Source: Bdellovibrionales bacterium (GTDB lineage Bacteria; Bdellovibrionota; Bdellovibrionia; Bdellovibrionales; UBA1609). From it: a DNA stretch of 64,000 nt. The DNA is taken from NCBI GenBank assembly GCA_965219095.1, contig CBDCMT010000001.1, positions 1,024,001 through 1,088,000 of the forward strand, in the 5' to 3' direction. Below, piece by piece: positions 27,897 to 38,239 of this stretch; the stretch's first letter is position 1, and each line of letters opens with the position of its first letter. The position numbers and the translations under genes are program-made. The notes under the pieces are model-generated. The model ran no database searches and was not told the origin of the DNA. It saw only the letters and a list, made by a program, of their open reading frames with translations.

Positions 27897-28882
27897 TCTT
27901 TCTTTGGCCTCTTTGTTTTCTGCTTCTTATTCCTTATGTGCTTTTACTCTTCTTTTTTAAAAAAAAGAAGGCTTTTCCATTTAGTTCTGTAGAAGCTTTC
28001 TCTAAAGTCACTCCTAGTTTAAAAGTAAAGCTATCCTTTCTCCCACAGGTTTTACTACATTTCTCTTTTATATTTCTTGTTATAGCTCTTGCACGTCCGC
28101 AAGAACGTTCTGAAATGGTACAAAGACAAATTAAAGGCTTAGATATTATGATTGTTCTGGATGTGTCAGAGAGTATGTTGATTGAGGATATGAAACCTCA
28201 AAACCGTTTAGAGGCTTCAAAGCTTATGATTGAGGAATTTATTAAAAAGAAGGTTTCAGCTCGTATAGGTTTGGTTGTGTTTTCTGGAGAAAGTTTTTCT
28301 CCTGTGCCCATGACTTTAGATTATCCTTTTTTGATTCAAAAATTAAAAGAAGTCAATAGCTCGATACGAATCAAACAGGGGACAGCTATTGGTTTATCTT
28401 TACTTAACGCTGTGGATCGTTTGAAAAATTCCAAGGCGAAGACCCGTGTTGTTATTTTCTTAACTGATGGTGAGAACAATTCAGGCAACATTGCCCCAGA
28501 AGTGGCTTTGGATATTGCACAAAAGTATGACTTAAAAATTTATACCATTGCTATGGGAAAAGCAGGACCTGCTCGTATTCCTACTTATATGAAAGTTCCC
28601 GGAGGGAAAGTTATAAAAAGGTATCGTCCCTATGTAAGTCGGGTGAACAAGGGTTTACTTAAAAAAATGGCTGATACGACAGATGGACGGTTTTTTGAAG
28701 CTCAAGATAGTAGTGTGTTAAGAGAAATTTTTAAAACCATAAACTCTCTTGAGAAGTCAAAAATTAAAGTAGAAAATAAAATTCGTATTGAAGAGAAATT
28801 TCATAAATTTTTACTTTTCTCTTTTTTCTTGTATCTTATTTCATTCTTGCTTCAGGAAACTGTTTTTAGGAGGCTGAGTTAA
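27893..28882 (+). CDS. batA: BatA-like VWA protein
   Basis: IALARPQ, MIDAS DVSES, GTAIG, LTDGENN; start set to ATG 27893. Confidence 0.85.
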   Translation: MIFLWPLCFLLLIPYVLLLFFFKKKKAFPFSSVEAFSKVTPSLKVKLSFLPQVLLHFSFIFLVIALARPQERSEMVQRQIKGLDIMIVLDVSESMLIEDMKPQNRLEASKLMIEEFIKKKVSARIGLVVFSGESFSPVPMTLDYPFLIQKLKEVNSSIRIKQGTAIGLSLLNAVDRLKNSKAKTRVVIFLTDGENNSGNIAPEVALDIAQKYDLKIYTIAMGKAGPARIPTYMKVPGGKVIKRYRPYVSRVNKGLLKKMADTTDGRFFEAQDSSVLREIFKTINSLEKSKIKVENKIRIEEKFHKFLLFSFFLYLISFLLQETVFRRLS

Positions 28883-29922
28883 TGTTTCGTTGGGCAGAGC
28901 CATTTTATTTTTGGTTTTTTGGTTTTTTGGTTTTTATGATTTTTTTGTATCTTTATAGTTGGAAAGCACAACAGAGGGTCTTAAGGAATCAGATAGGAGA
29001 TGAAATTTTGAAAAGCTATATGAAAACATTTTTAATAAAAAACAAAAAGCTTAAGAATTTGTTTCAAATCCTTTGTCTTTTAGGGATGGTGTTGGCTCTT
29101 TGTCGCCCCCAATGGGGACAGAAAGAGATGTTAGTGGATAGCACTGGAGCTGAAGTAGTTGTTCTTTTCGATGTATCAAAAAGTATGTTAGCTGAAGATT
29201 TAAGCCCTAGCCGGTTAGAAGCTGCTAAAAAAGAAGTAGCTAAGTGGGCTGTTAGTTCCCATGTTCAGAATAGGTTTGCTTTGATTGCCTTTGCAGGCTC
29301 TGCTGTTACCGTTTCTCCCTTAACTCAAGATGAAGATGCTTTTAAAAGTTATCTTGAGTTTTTGAGTGAGAATGTCATCACTTATCAGGGAACAAGCTTT
29401 TCTGAAGCTTTAAAGGAGGCTGAAGGAGTCTTTAAAAGAGGGGGGTTGATTGGCTCGGGAAATAAAATTGCAGGAGTGAGGCTTGTTTTACTTGTTTCTG
29501 ATGGAGAAATTCATGACAGTCTTCCAAAAGAAGCTTTAAAGTTTTTTAAGGACAATAAAATTCCTATTTTTACTCTTGGTGTGGGAACTAAAAAAGGAGG
29601 ACTCATTCCTATAAGAAATTCACAAGGTGGTTTTATTAATTATTTGCAAGATTCTAAAGGAGAGGTTGTGTTAAGCATTTTTCACAGTCAGGGGTTAAAA
29701 AGACTTGCTAAAGAAACAGGAGGAAGCTTTATTCCTCTTACGCAAGACGGCAGTCTAAAGCGAAAAATCAACGAACAGATGAACAAGCTAAAAAAATCTC
29801 AACTTAAGAGCCAAGAGGTGTTTTTAGACTTTGATGAAAAGTATTTTTGGTTTCTAATCATGTCTTCTGCTTTCTTTTTTCTCCAAAACGCTTTAAGATT
29901 AAGAAAGGAGGTCAAAGGGTGA
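28882..29922 (+). CDS. batB: BatB-like VWA protein
   Basis: LALCRPQWG, DVSKSMLAED.PSRL, VSDGE, GVGT..GG.IP. Confidence 0.85.
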   Translation: MFRWAEPFYFWFFGFLVFMIFLYLYSWKAQQRVLRNQIGDEILKSYMKTFLIKNKKLKNLFQILCLLGMVLALCRPQWGQKEMLVDSTGAEVVVLFDVSKSMLAEDLSPSRLEAAKKEVAKWAVSSHVQNRFALIAFAGSAVTVSPLTQDEDAFKSYLEFLSENVITYQGTSFSEALKEAEGVFKRGGLIGSGNKIAGVRLVLLVSDGEIHDSLPKEALKFFKDNKIPIFTLGVGTKKGGLIPIRNSQGGFINYLQDSKGEVVLSIFHSQGLKRLAKETGGSFIPLTQDGSLKRKINEQMNKLKKSQLKSQEVFLDFDEKYFWFLIMSSAFFFLQNALRLRKEVKG

Positions 29923-30665
29923 GAGACTTTGTCTTTTTCGTTTTCAGTTTCTTTTTTGTATTTCATGTCTTATCAGAAGATGGACCAAAAAAACTACTAG
30001 AAAAGAAAAAAAAGAGGCCCTCTCCTTCTTTTTCTACAGTTTATTACAATAACAAAGCCCTTTCTAAGCTGAAATCCCTTTTAGAAAAAAAACAAAAAGA
30101 ACCTAAAAAACCCATTGACTATGAGCTTTTAAGCAAAGCTGAAGGCCATCTTTATAAAGCTTTGAAATATGATAGTGAAAGTCCTGTTTTACATTTTAAT
30201 TTAGGAGTTTTTCTTGCTTTAAAAAACAAAGCTTCTACAGCTTTAAAGGAATGGGATTTTTCTTTGAAAAACTGGCTTCCAAAAGAACTTTTAGAAAAGT
30301 TTATGACTTTGTTTAACAAGGCTTTTTTAGAGGGGCTTTTAGGACAAAAGAAGAAGTCTTTAGAGCTTTATCAGAAAAGTTTAGAAATAACACCTGAGTC
30401 TTTAGAAGTGAGAACTAATATTGAACTTTTGTTCCAACAGCAAAAAAATCAAAAAGGAGGAAAAGAAGGAGGAGAATCAGAAGGAGAACCTTCGCAAGGA
30501 CAGGGACAAAATCCTCATGAGCAAAAACAAAAACAAAACCCCTCTCAACTTAACAAGCAACAAATCAAACAGCTCTTTAATGAGATCAAACAACAGGACC
30601 AGAACATTAAAGAAAAAAATCTTAAAAGAAACCAAAAAGGACATCACCGTGATAAGAATTGGTAG
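29919..30665 (+). CDS. batC: BatC-like TPR protein
   Basis: TPR helices, Q/E-rich linker, C-terminal KNW; likely GTG start at 29919 after aaggagg. Confidence 0.75.
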   Translation: MRDFVFFVFSFFFVFHVLSEDGPKKLLEKKKKRPSPSFSTVYYNNKALSKLKSLLEKKQKEPKKPIDYELLSKAEGHLYKALKYDSESPVLHFNLGVFLALKNKASTALKEWDFSLKNWLPKELLEKFMTLFNKAFLEGLLGQKKKSLELYQKSLEITPESLEVRTNIELLFQQQKNQKGGKEGGESEGEPSQGQGQNPHEQKQKQNPSQLNKQQIKQLFNEIKQQDQNIKEKNLKRNQKGHHRDKNW

Positions 30666-32469
30666 TTTTTTTCTTTGCTTTTTGTTTTCATTTTTAGCTT
30701 TGTCTGAAGTGAAAAATTATGTAGATCGAAATAAAATTTATGAAAACGAAAGTGTTAGAATGACGATTTCTGTTGATGTTTCTGATAAAGAAGTGGAGTT
30801 TCCCTCTCAGTTTCAATTCAAAAACTTTCGTATTTTAAGTCGCTCCTCAAGTCAACAGATGAGTATGAGTTTTATTCAAGGAAAGATGATTCGTAAAAAG
30901 ACCAAAACTTTAGATTTAAGCCTTCAACCTAAAAGTACAGGTCAACTTACTATTGAGTCTATCAAGATCAAAGTAGGCTCGCATAACACCTTCACAAAAG
31001 CTTTAAAGATCGTAGTTTTAAAAGGAAAAAACCCTCACTCTCAAAGAACACAAAGGAGAGGGGGAACGTTTTTTTCTCCTCCTCCCTTAGGTAGATTTCT
31101 CCGCTCCCGGCCCTTTGACAATCTTGATCAGATGATTTCTAAGTCTCCTCCTGAACTTGTTTTTGAAGTGGATCAAACGAAAGCCTATGTGGGCCAAAGG
31201 ATCTTAGGACGTCTGATTCTATACTCTTCAACTCCTGTGAGAAGCACTCAGTTTGGTCAAATTCCCAACCTTAAAGAGTTTTGGAGACAGGATTTAGAAA
31301 TTTTCAATCTCTCGCGCACAGAGACTGTCATAAGAAAGGGAGAGCGTAAGTTTAAAACAGCTCTTACTTCTATGGCCTTATTTCCTTTAAGATCAGGAAA
31401 CTTTACGATTGGTTCTTTTGAAGCTGTTGTGAGTTTTTCTAGTTTTTTTGATTCAAAAAGCCTGAGGCTTTCAAGTCAGAAAAAACGTGTTCAAATCAAA
31501 GAAGTTCCTAAAGGCACTCAGCCAGAAAATTTCTCACAATTAGTCGGTGAACTTGAACTCAAAGCTGAGTTGGGTCAAAAAGAAGTGACTCAAAACAAAC
31601 CTTTTCTTTTTCACTTAACCATCGAAGGGGTTGGAGCTCTTCATACTTTTAGTCTCCCTCCTCTTGTTTGGCCTAAAGAGATTCAAGTCTATGATATAAA
31701 ATCTGTATCGGATATTTCTAGAAAGGGAGTCTCTAGGAAAGTTTTTAAAATCTATCTTGTGTCTAAGAATTCAAAAACTCTTAAGATTCCTCCCTTAACT
31801 CTTGTTGTTTTTAATCCTTATCAGAATCTTTATGAAGAACTTCGTACAAAAGAAGTTGAAGTTTATGTTAAAAAAAACATGGATCAAAAAAACACACCAT
31901 CTGTAAGTTCTTTCGTAGAAGAGGGAGAGAATAAGAAGAATTCGAGGTATGTTTTTAAACTAGATTCTAAAAATATGAAAGTGTTTTCTTTGAAAGAACT
32001 TCTGGTCATTTATTCTGTAACATTTTTATTAGCTTTTGTTTTAGGCTTAGGTTTTATGAGAATGAAAAGACAAAAGCAGGAAAATCTTCTAGAGGTTTTT
32101 AAAGGAAAACTTTTGCAAGCACAAAAGCAATTAGAGAAAGAGCGACGTAAAGGAGCTTTGAAAGTTCTAAGACTTATAGAGGAGAGTGTTAATCATTTAG
32201 CTCAAAACAGAAGTTTTTCCACTTCCTTTCGTCATCGCCTAACACTTGATCAAAGAATTTCTATGTGTTCTTTGAAAATACAAAAAATCTTATCTCCTGA
32301 ATTAGAAAAAATAAATGAAAAGTGGGAGGCTTTAGCTTTTGCTCCAGAAGATTCTGTTTTAGAAAATCAAAGTAGCAAGGAAGATTTGGTACAATTAGCT
32401 CATCAAACCTGGGCTGTCTTAGAGAAGTCTTTTGAAGTTAAAAGAGAGGAAATAAACTATGGTGCTTAA
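30649..32469 (+). CDS. batD: BatD-family protein
   Basis: Repeated Ig-like BatD segments (AYVGQ, ALFP..SG), C-terminal TM; likely GTG start at 30649. Confidence 0.75.
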   Translation: MIRIGSFFLCFLFSFLALSEVKNYVDRNKIYENESVRMTISVDVSDKEVEFPSQFQFKNFRILSRSSSQQMSMSFIQGKMIRKKTKTLDLSLQPKSTGQLTIESIKIKVGSHNTFTKALKIVVLKGKNPHSQRTQRRGGTFFSPPPLGRFLRSRPFDNLDQMISKSPPELVFEVDQTKAYVGQRILGRLILYSSTPVRSTQFGQIPNLKEFWRQDLEIFNLSRTETVIRKGERKFKTALTSMALFPLRSGNFTIGSFEAVVSFSSFFDSKSLRLSSQKKRVQIKEVPKGTQPENFSQLVGELELKAELGQKEVTQNKPFLFHLTIEGVGALHTFSLPPLVWPKEIQVYDIKSVSDISRKGVSRKVFKIYLVSKNSKTLKIPPLTLVVFNPYQNLYEELRTKEVEVYVKKNMDQKNTPSVSSFVEEGENKKNSRYVFKLDSKNMKVFSLKELLVIYSVTFLLAFVLGLGFMRMKRQKQENLLEVFKGKLLQAQKQLEKERRKGALKVLRLIEESVNHLAQNRSFSTSFRHRLTLDQRISMCSLKIQKILSPELEKINEKWEALAFAPEDSVLENQSSKEDLVQLAHQTWAVLEKSFEVKREEINYGA

Positions 32470-34696
32470 TGTTGTGCTATTGGTGTTGAGCTTTTTTAGC
32501 TTTTTTGTGGAAGCATCTGTTGTGAAAGTTTATATTTCTCCTCATATTCATTCTCAGTCTAGATGGTTTTCTAAAGAAACTAAAATATTTCAAAAAACTA
32601 AGGTAAGTTATAATTTTTATAAGGTGAAAAAAGATTATCTTTCGAAAAAATTTATGTCATGCCTAAGTTTGACGAAAGCCATGAAAGGCTATCATAGTTT
32701 TTATAGAAAATGGATTTTAAACTATCGGCTCAAGTGTGCTCTCGGTTCGAACAACATAGCTCGTATGAGAGCTGTTTTAAAAGAGGTCCATATAAAAAAA
32801 ATAAAAAACTCCTCTGTGTATCATATAATGGCTCCTTCTTACATAGAAGCTGGCTTGAGAGTTTTAGAGTATCTTCTCTCTAAGAACAGAAGAGAGGCTT
32901 GGGTATTAGGTGAAACTCTTTTGCAACTTAAGGAACGTATGAAAAAAGATGAGAAGTTTAAATTTTATCTTCTTATGGGAGAACTTGCTTTTATTGAGCA
33001 AAAAAATGATTTAGCTCTTAGCTATCTTCATAGAGTGTCAGACGTAAAGGTAAAAGAGATTTTTTTAAAAAACTTAAAGAAGTTTGAGGGGCTTTTAAAA
33101 AGCTATTTTCCTCAAGGGTATGATTTTTTTACCTTAAAACAAAGAGAAGAAGTTGTTTTTTACTCTGAAAAAGAAAGAGAGATTTTTGAAGCTTTTCTGA
33201 AGTACTTACAGCAAAAAAATTACGTTGATTCTCTTCAGGAAGGACTTTCTTTTTTAGAAAATTTTCCTGAGTCTCAAAATGGAAAAAAAATTTCAAAAGA
33301 AATGTTAAAGATTTATTTTAAAGCTCCTAAATCTTATGAGGCTAAAATTTTAAAGCTTTTCTCTAAAGCCTATCCTCATTGGAGGCTTCAATGGGCTTAT
33401 GAAATTTACCTTAAAGGAGACTTTAAATCAACTTTGACTTTGATAGAGGGCTTGAGGTCTTCTTTAGAGGAAACTACTTTACTGAAGAAGGCTCTCTTTA
33501 TTTTAGCAAGATCTTACTATCATTTAGGCCACTATAGGAAGAGCCTAAGAGTTTATAAAGATCTTATTAATTTAGAATCTCAGAAGTACATTTTTGACAG
33601 TCTATTTAAAGCAGGGCTTCTTCATTACCGTTTAAAGGAATACGAAGAGGCTGTGAATTATTTTGAAAGGTTAAGTCAGTTGGCTGAGAAAAAAAAGAGA
33701 GTTCACCTAGAAGATAAAGCTTTTTATTGGCTCTGGAAAAGTCTAGGAAAAATGAAGTCAAGAGCTGTCTTTGAGAGAAGGAATAGAATAAAAAAATCTC
33801 TTTTAGAAAAATATCCTCTTAGTTACTATTCTCTTTTAGTAAAAGGGCTGACTTCTCAGGATAAAAGGCTTAAGAAAGAGGATCTTCTTCAAATTAAAAA
33901 ACAGAAATTAAGTTTATGGCTTTTAAGCGGACAGTCAAAAGATTGGAGTAAAATACAGTTTTTAATAAAAGTGGGTTGGTTTGAAGAAGCTCAAGCTGAA
34001 CTTAATGCCTGGCCTAAACCCTTTTTAGATCAAGAAAAAATTGCAAGAGGGATTTTAAGGGCTCAGGCCTTTGATTACACAAAGACTTCTAAGTATTTTT
34101 ACGATGTTTTTTATAAGAACCCTTCTTTTATCTCTTTGGAGCTTGTGAGTTTAATCTACCCTGAAGAGTATAAAAAAACATTTCAGAAAATGAGTCGAAA
34201 GTATGACCTTCCTTATGTCTGGCTTTTAAGTCTTGTCAGACAGGAGAGCCATTTTGACAGAAAAGCTGTCAGTTCTTCTCAAGCTGTAGGCCTTACTCAA
34301 ATGATTAAAATGACTGCTTATGAGGTAAAAAAGGATTTAAAACTAAAATCCTTTCAGTTTCCTGAAGATCTGACAGATTACAAAATCAGCCTAAACTTTG
34401 GAGCTTATTATTTAAAAAAACTTTTAAAAGCTCAGAAAGGCTATCTTCCTTTTGCTGTTATGGCTTACAATGCAGGTTTAGGGCGTGTGAGAAACTGGTT
34501 AAAAGCAAGAAAAAACCTTTGGGGGGATTTTCAGAGACAAACTATCTCTTTTGATCAGATGGAGTTGTTGATAGAGGAAATTCCATGGAAACAGACCAGA
34601 GGTTATACAAAGTCTATTTTAAAAAACATCATCTTATACAAGTTGATTTATAAGGGGTATGTGGATTTTAAAAAACCCATATGGACTGAAGTATAG
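32459..34696 (+). CDS. Soluble lytic transglycosylase (Slt70-like) with TPRs
   Basis: RQES.F...AVS...AVGL.Q, AYNAG, IEEIPW.QTRGY. Confidence 0.9.
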   Translation: MVLNVVLLVLSFFSFFVEASVVKVYISPHIHSQSRWFSKETKIFQKTKVSYNFYKVKKDYLSKKFMSCLSLTKAMKGYHSFYRKWILNYRLKCALGSNNIARMRAVLKEVHIKKIKNSSVYHIMAPSYIEAGLRVLEYLLSKNRREAWVLGETLLQLKERMKKDEKFKFYLLMGELAFIEQKNDLALSYLHRVSDVKVKEIFLKNLKKFEGLLKSYFPQGYDFFTLKQREEVVFYSEKEREIFEAFLKYLQQKNYVDSLQEGLSFLENFPESQNGKKISKEMLKIYFKAPKSYEAKILKLFSKAYPHWRLQWAYEIYLKGDFKSTLTLIEGLRSSLEETTLLKKALFILARSYYHLGHYRKSLRVYKDLINLESQKYIFDSLFKAGLLHYRLKEYEEAVNYFERLSQLAEKKKRVHLEDKAFYWLWKSLGKMKSRAVFERRNRIKKSLLEKYPLSYYSLLVKGLTSQDKRLKKEDLLQIKKQKLSLWLLSGQSKDWSKIQFLIKVGWFEEAQAELNAWPKPFLDQEKIARGILRAQAFDYTKTSKYFYDVFYKNPSFISLELVSLIYPEEYKKTFQKMSRKYDLPYVWLLSLVRQESHFDRKAVSSSQAVGLTQMIKMTAYEVKKDLKLKSFQFPEDLTDYKISLNFGAYYLKKLLKAQKGYLPFAVMAYNAGLGRVRNWLKARKNLWGDFQRQTISFDQMELLIEEIPWKQTRGYTKSILKNIILYKLIYKGYVDFKKPIWTEV

Positions 34697-34738
34697 TCAT
34701 GTTTGGTAAAGTAGTCATTAGGGATCAAAAAAGTTAGA

Positions 34739-36304
34739 ATGTTAGGAGGGGATGAAAGCATGAAGAATTTAAGGGGAATGTTTTTGAGCATATTTTTAAG
34801 GCACAGATGTAGTATTTTTTTTATTTTGTTTTTGTTTTTTCTTTCATGCATATCATGCAGTTCAAACCCGTATAGAGAAAATTTAAGCCGTTATTATCAG
34901 CTTGATGGGCATCCTAGTCGAGGTAATGAAGATATCGATGTAATGTTGGGACCTGTTCCTGTAGAAGAGAACAAAGAGGTGGCCAGGTGGATCGATTACT
35001 TTCAAAACAGAGGTTACAGGCATATGGTTTTGTATTTAGAGCGTTCTACAAGATACAGGCTTCTTATGAAAAGAATTTTAAAAGAGGAGGGAATGCCTGA
35101 AGATTTGGTTTATATTGCTTTGATTGAATCAGGCTTTAGCCCTAGAGCTTATAGTCGTGCTTCTGCTGTAGGCTACTGGCAGTTTGTGAGAGATACAGGG
35201 CGACGTTATGGCTTAAAAATCAATGCTTATGTTGATGAAAGAAGAGACTTTATTGCAGCCACAAGAGCAGCAGCTAATTACTTTAAGTCGCTTTACAATC
35301 TTTTTGGGAATTGGTACTTAGCTATGGCCTCTTATAATGCGGGGGAGAATCGTATTAAAAACATTGTTATGAAATATCAGACAAGAGATTTTTGGTACTT
35401 AGCAAGAAATAAAAAATTACCTAAAGAGACTATGAACTATATTCCTAAATTTTTAGCAGCAACTCTTATAGCTAAGCATCCTAAAAAGTATGGATTTAAC
35501 AATTTAAACTATCAACCTCCTATTTCCTTTGATATGGTTCCTTTAACTCACTCTACTGACCTTCAAAAATTAGCTATTCATATGAACATTTCTTATGAAA
35601 CTTTAAGGCGTTTGAATCCTGCTTTCTTAAGCCGTTATGCTCCCGCTTATCGCACAGGAGGAACGATTTTAAAAGTTCCTAAAAATCGTAAACTTATGGC
35701 AACTGTAGCTTTGCAAAAAGCAAGAGTAAAATTTCGTTACACAAAAGATTATGCTTATTATAGAGTTAAAAGAGGAGACACTCTTTCTGAAATTGCAAGA
35801 AATTATAGAGCTTCTATAAGGCAGCTTCAAAGGATCAATGGACTTTCTTCCCGTTCTTTTATAAGAGTAGGACAACGTCTAAAAGTTCCCACAGCTTCAC
35901 CTTACAGGAACCGAAAAAAACGCCTTCATTCAAAAAACAAGATTGCTATAAAAAACATCTCTAAGAGATATTATAGAGTTAAAAAAAGAGATACTTTGTG
36001 GGAAATAGCCTCTCGTTTAAAGATATCTTACAAAAAACTTGCAAGGTATAATAACATTTCTTTACGCTCTAAACTTAAAGTAGGACAACTGTTAAAGATC
36101 CCTAGAAAGAAAATAAAAAACATTAAAAAAAGATCTCTTTCCCAATCTAAGAAATATAAGTATCACTCTGTAAAAAAAGGGGAATCTCTTTATTTAATTG
36201 CAAGAAAATATAACACCACTGTCAGTCGTTTAAAAGAACTCAACGATCTTTCTGAAAATCATATCTCTATAGGACAATCCTTGATTGTTAACTTTTTTCC
36301 TTAA
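34739..36304 (+). CDS. mltD: MltD-like lytic transglycosylase with three LysM domains
   Basis: IALIESGF, A.GYWQF, LAMASYNAG, ETMNYIPK; three VK.GDTL-type LysM repeats; exact start uncertain. Confidence 0.88.
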   Translation: MLGGDESMKNLRGMFLSIFLRHRCSIFFILFLFFLSCISCSSNPYRENLSRYYQLDGHPSRGNEDIDVMLGPVPVEENKEVARWIDYFQNRGYRHMVLYLERSTRYRLLMKRILKEEGMPEDLVYIALIESGFSPRAYSRASAVGYWQFVRDTGRRYGLKINAYVDERRDFIAATRAAANYFKSLYNLFGNWYLAMASYNAGENRIKNIVMKYQTRDFWYLARNKKLPKETMNYIPKFLAATLIAKHPKKYGFNNLNYQPPISFDMVPLTHSTDLQKLAIHMNISYETLRRLNPAFLSRYAPAYRTGGTILKVPKNRKLMATVALQKARVKFRYTKDYAYYRVKRGDTLSEIARNYRASIRQLQRINGLSSRSFIRVGQRLKVPTASPYRNRKKRLHSKNKIAIKNISKRYYRVKKRDTLWEIASRLKISYKKLARYNNISLRSKLKVGQLLKIPRKKIKNIKKRSLSQSKKYKYHSVKKGESLYLIARKYNTTVSRLKELNDLSENHISIGQSLIVNFFP

Positions 36305-36355
36305 CCTAGCACTTTAATCAGTTAGCTAGAAAAAAAAGGGATTTTTGAAGTGCAG

Positions 36356-37828
36356 TCAGTATAAATACCTTCTTTCAATATGTCTCTTAAAAGCTTCCAC
36401 CTTTAAAGGAGAGTTTGTTACTTTATTAATCAGTTCAGAAGCTTTATAAAAACAACCCCATTTCCATACATTCTCTTCAAGCCAGACTAATAAAGCTTCG
36501 AAATTTCCTTTGGAAAAATCTTCTTTGAGACTCTCTATCTTGTCAGAAGCTTTGAAAAAAAACTGAGCGGCAGACAAAGCTCCTAAAGTATACATAGGGA
36601 AATAACCAAAAGCTCCATAAGACCAATGAGGATCTTGCAGACACCCTAGATCATCTCTACCTTTTGTTGATAGGCCAAAATACTCTTCCATCTTCATATT
36701 CCATAGCTCAGGGATATCAGATACCTTGATCTTATCTTCTATAAGTTCTTTTTCAATTTCATATCTTAAAATCACATGAAGAGGATAAGTCATCTCATCA
36801 GACTGTACACGACTGCAACCCCTTTCCACTTTAAGAACCTTTTTACAAACATCCTCTAAAGACCATTTTTCGGTTTCAGAAAAATGTTTTTTGATTAACT
36901 TTAACATGAAAGAAAGAAACTCTTTGCTTCTACCAACTTGCATTTCAAACAAAAGACTTTGGCTTTCATGAACAGACATGCCAAGAGAATTACCCACAGG
37001 TTGTCCTGTCCAAGCTTCAGGAAGACCTAACTGATAACTGGCATGCCCTGTTTCATGAACCGTTGCCAAAAGCCCTTGAAACAAATCATGCTCTTTATAA
37101 AATGTTGTGATGCGGGCTTCTCTTTTATAAGCTGAACAAAAAGGGTGTATGGCTTCATCAAGACGTCCCTTTTCAAAATCAAACATAAGATATGACATAA
37201 CTTCTTTAAACAGCCTCTCTTGTTGTAAAGGCTCAAAATAAATATCTTTATGATTCGGTCTAGCTTCTGGGAAAGCACTTACTTTAGGCATTAAAAATTC
37301 TTTAAGTTCTAAAAAAAGCTTATCAATGTGTTCCACTGTTTCCCCCTCTTCAAAAGAGTCAATGCATGCATTGTAGCGGGTTGTATTTTTCAATTCAGCT
37401 TTTAGATCTGCCTTCTTTTTTACGTATTCAACAGTCTTTTCTAAAGCATGAGAGAAGCTTTTCCAATCATTGTTCTTCTTTGCGTCTATCCAAACGTTAT
37501 GAGAATGAGAACTGGCTAAAGAGAACTTTCTTACAAAATCATCATCAAGAAGATTTGCCTTTTGAAAAATATCGTACATAACTTCTAAGTTTCTTTTTTG
37601 CCAAACTTTTAAATCTTTCTCCTCAAAGGCCTTTTCAAATAAATTCTCTAGCCTTTTATCTGTTAATCTTTCATGGATTACAGAAGATAGCTCAGACATT
37701 TGTTCTGAACGGCAAGGTAGAGCTTTTTTTCCCGTAAGAACGTTTTTATCCCAATTTAAGAGGCCTTGGATGGTTGTTAAATGAGATAGACCCTCAAAAT
37801 GTTTTTCTAATTTTTTGTATTCTTTCAT
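36356..37828 (-). CDS. M32 carboxypeptidase (Taq family)
   Basis: HPF, HETGH, HESQS, GCLQD.HW, GYFP.Y. Confidence 0.93.
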   Translation of the reverse strand: MKEYKKLEKHFEGLSHLTTIQGLLNWDKNVLTGKKALPCRSEQMSELSSVIHERLTDKRLENLFEKAFEEKDLKVWQKRNLEVMYDIFQKANLLDDDFVRKFSLASSHSHNVWIDAKKNNDWKSFSHALEKTVEYVKKKADLKAELKNTTRYNACIDSFEEGETVEHIDKLFLELKEFLMPKVSAFPEARPNHKDIYFEPLQQERLFKEVMSYLMFDFEKGRLDEAIHPFCSAYKREARITTFYKEHDLFQGLLATVHETGHASYQLGLPEAWTGQPVGNSLGMSVHESQSLLFEMQVGRSKEFLSFMLKLIKKHFSETEKWSLEDVCKKVLKVERGCSRVQSDEMTYPLHVILRYEIEKELIEDKIKVSDIPELWNMKMEEYFGLSTKGRDDLGCLQDPHWSYGAFGYFPMYTLGALSAAQFFFKASDKIESLKEDFSKGNFEALLVWLEENVWKWGCFYKASELINKVTNSPLKVEAFKRHIERRYLY

Positions 37829-37830
37829 AA

Positions 37831-38238
37831 TTACTCCTCCTTTTTTTTGACTTCTTTTGAGGAAATTAAATTTCCTGTAATAGCATGAGAAGCTCCTTCT
37901 TCTCTCACACCTGCTTTTTTTCTTTTTCTTAAAGCTTCGTTCTTTTCTTTTTCTACCTGTTCTGAAAGATCAATGACTACATCTCCGTAACACTTCAATT
38001 GACAAGATAAACGTCTTTGATCTAAAAAATAACCTGTGCCAATAAGATCTTTTTCATGGCTGAGAGGAGGAAGAACACAGTTTTCTCCTTCTAAGATACG
38101 TACACGACACTCTGTGCAAGAAGGCTCTCCATTACAAATGGACTTAATATAAATACCTTTCGAATGGGCTAATTCCATTACAGATTGATGAGGTTTTATT
38201 TCAAATTCTACATTTTGAGGTAAAAACTTAACTTTCAT
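37831..38238 (-). CDS. 2Fe-2S ferredoxin-like protein
   Basis: C-x4-C-x2-C (CNGEPSCTEC) and RLSCQ. Confidence 0.88.
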   Translation of the reverse strand: MKVKFLPQNVEFEIKPHQSVMELAHSKGIYIKSICNGEPSCTECRVRILEGENCVLPPLSHEKDLIGTGYFLDQRRLSCQLKCYGDVVIDLSEQVEKEKNEALRKRKKAGVREEGASHAITGNLISSKEVKKKEE

Positions 38239-38239
38239 T

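Noticed and set aside
30421..30648. Long N-terminal extension of BatD
   Set aside because: Overlaps batC; the signal peptide begins at GTG 30649.
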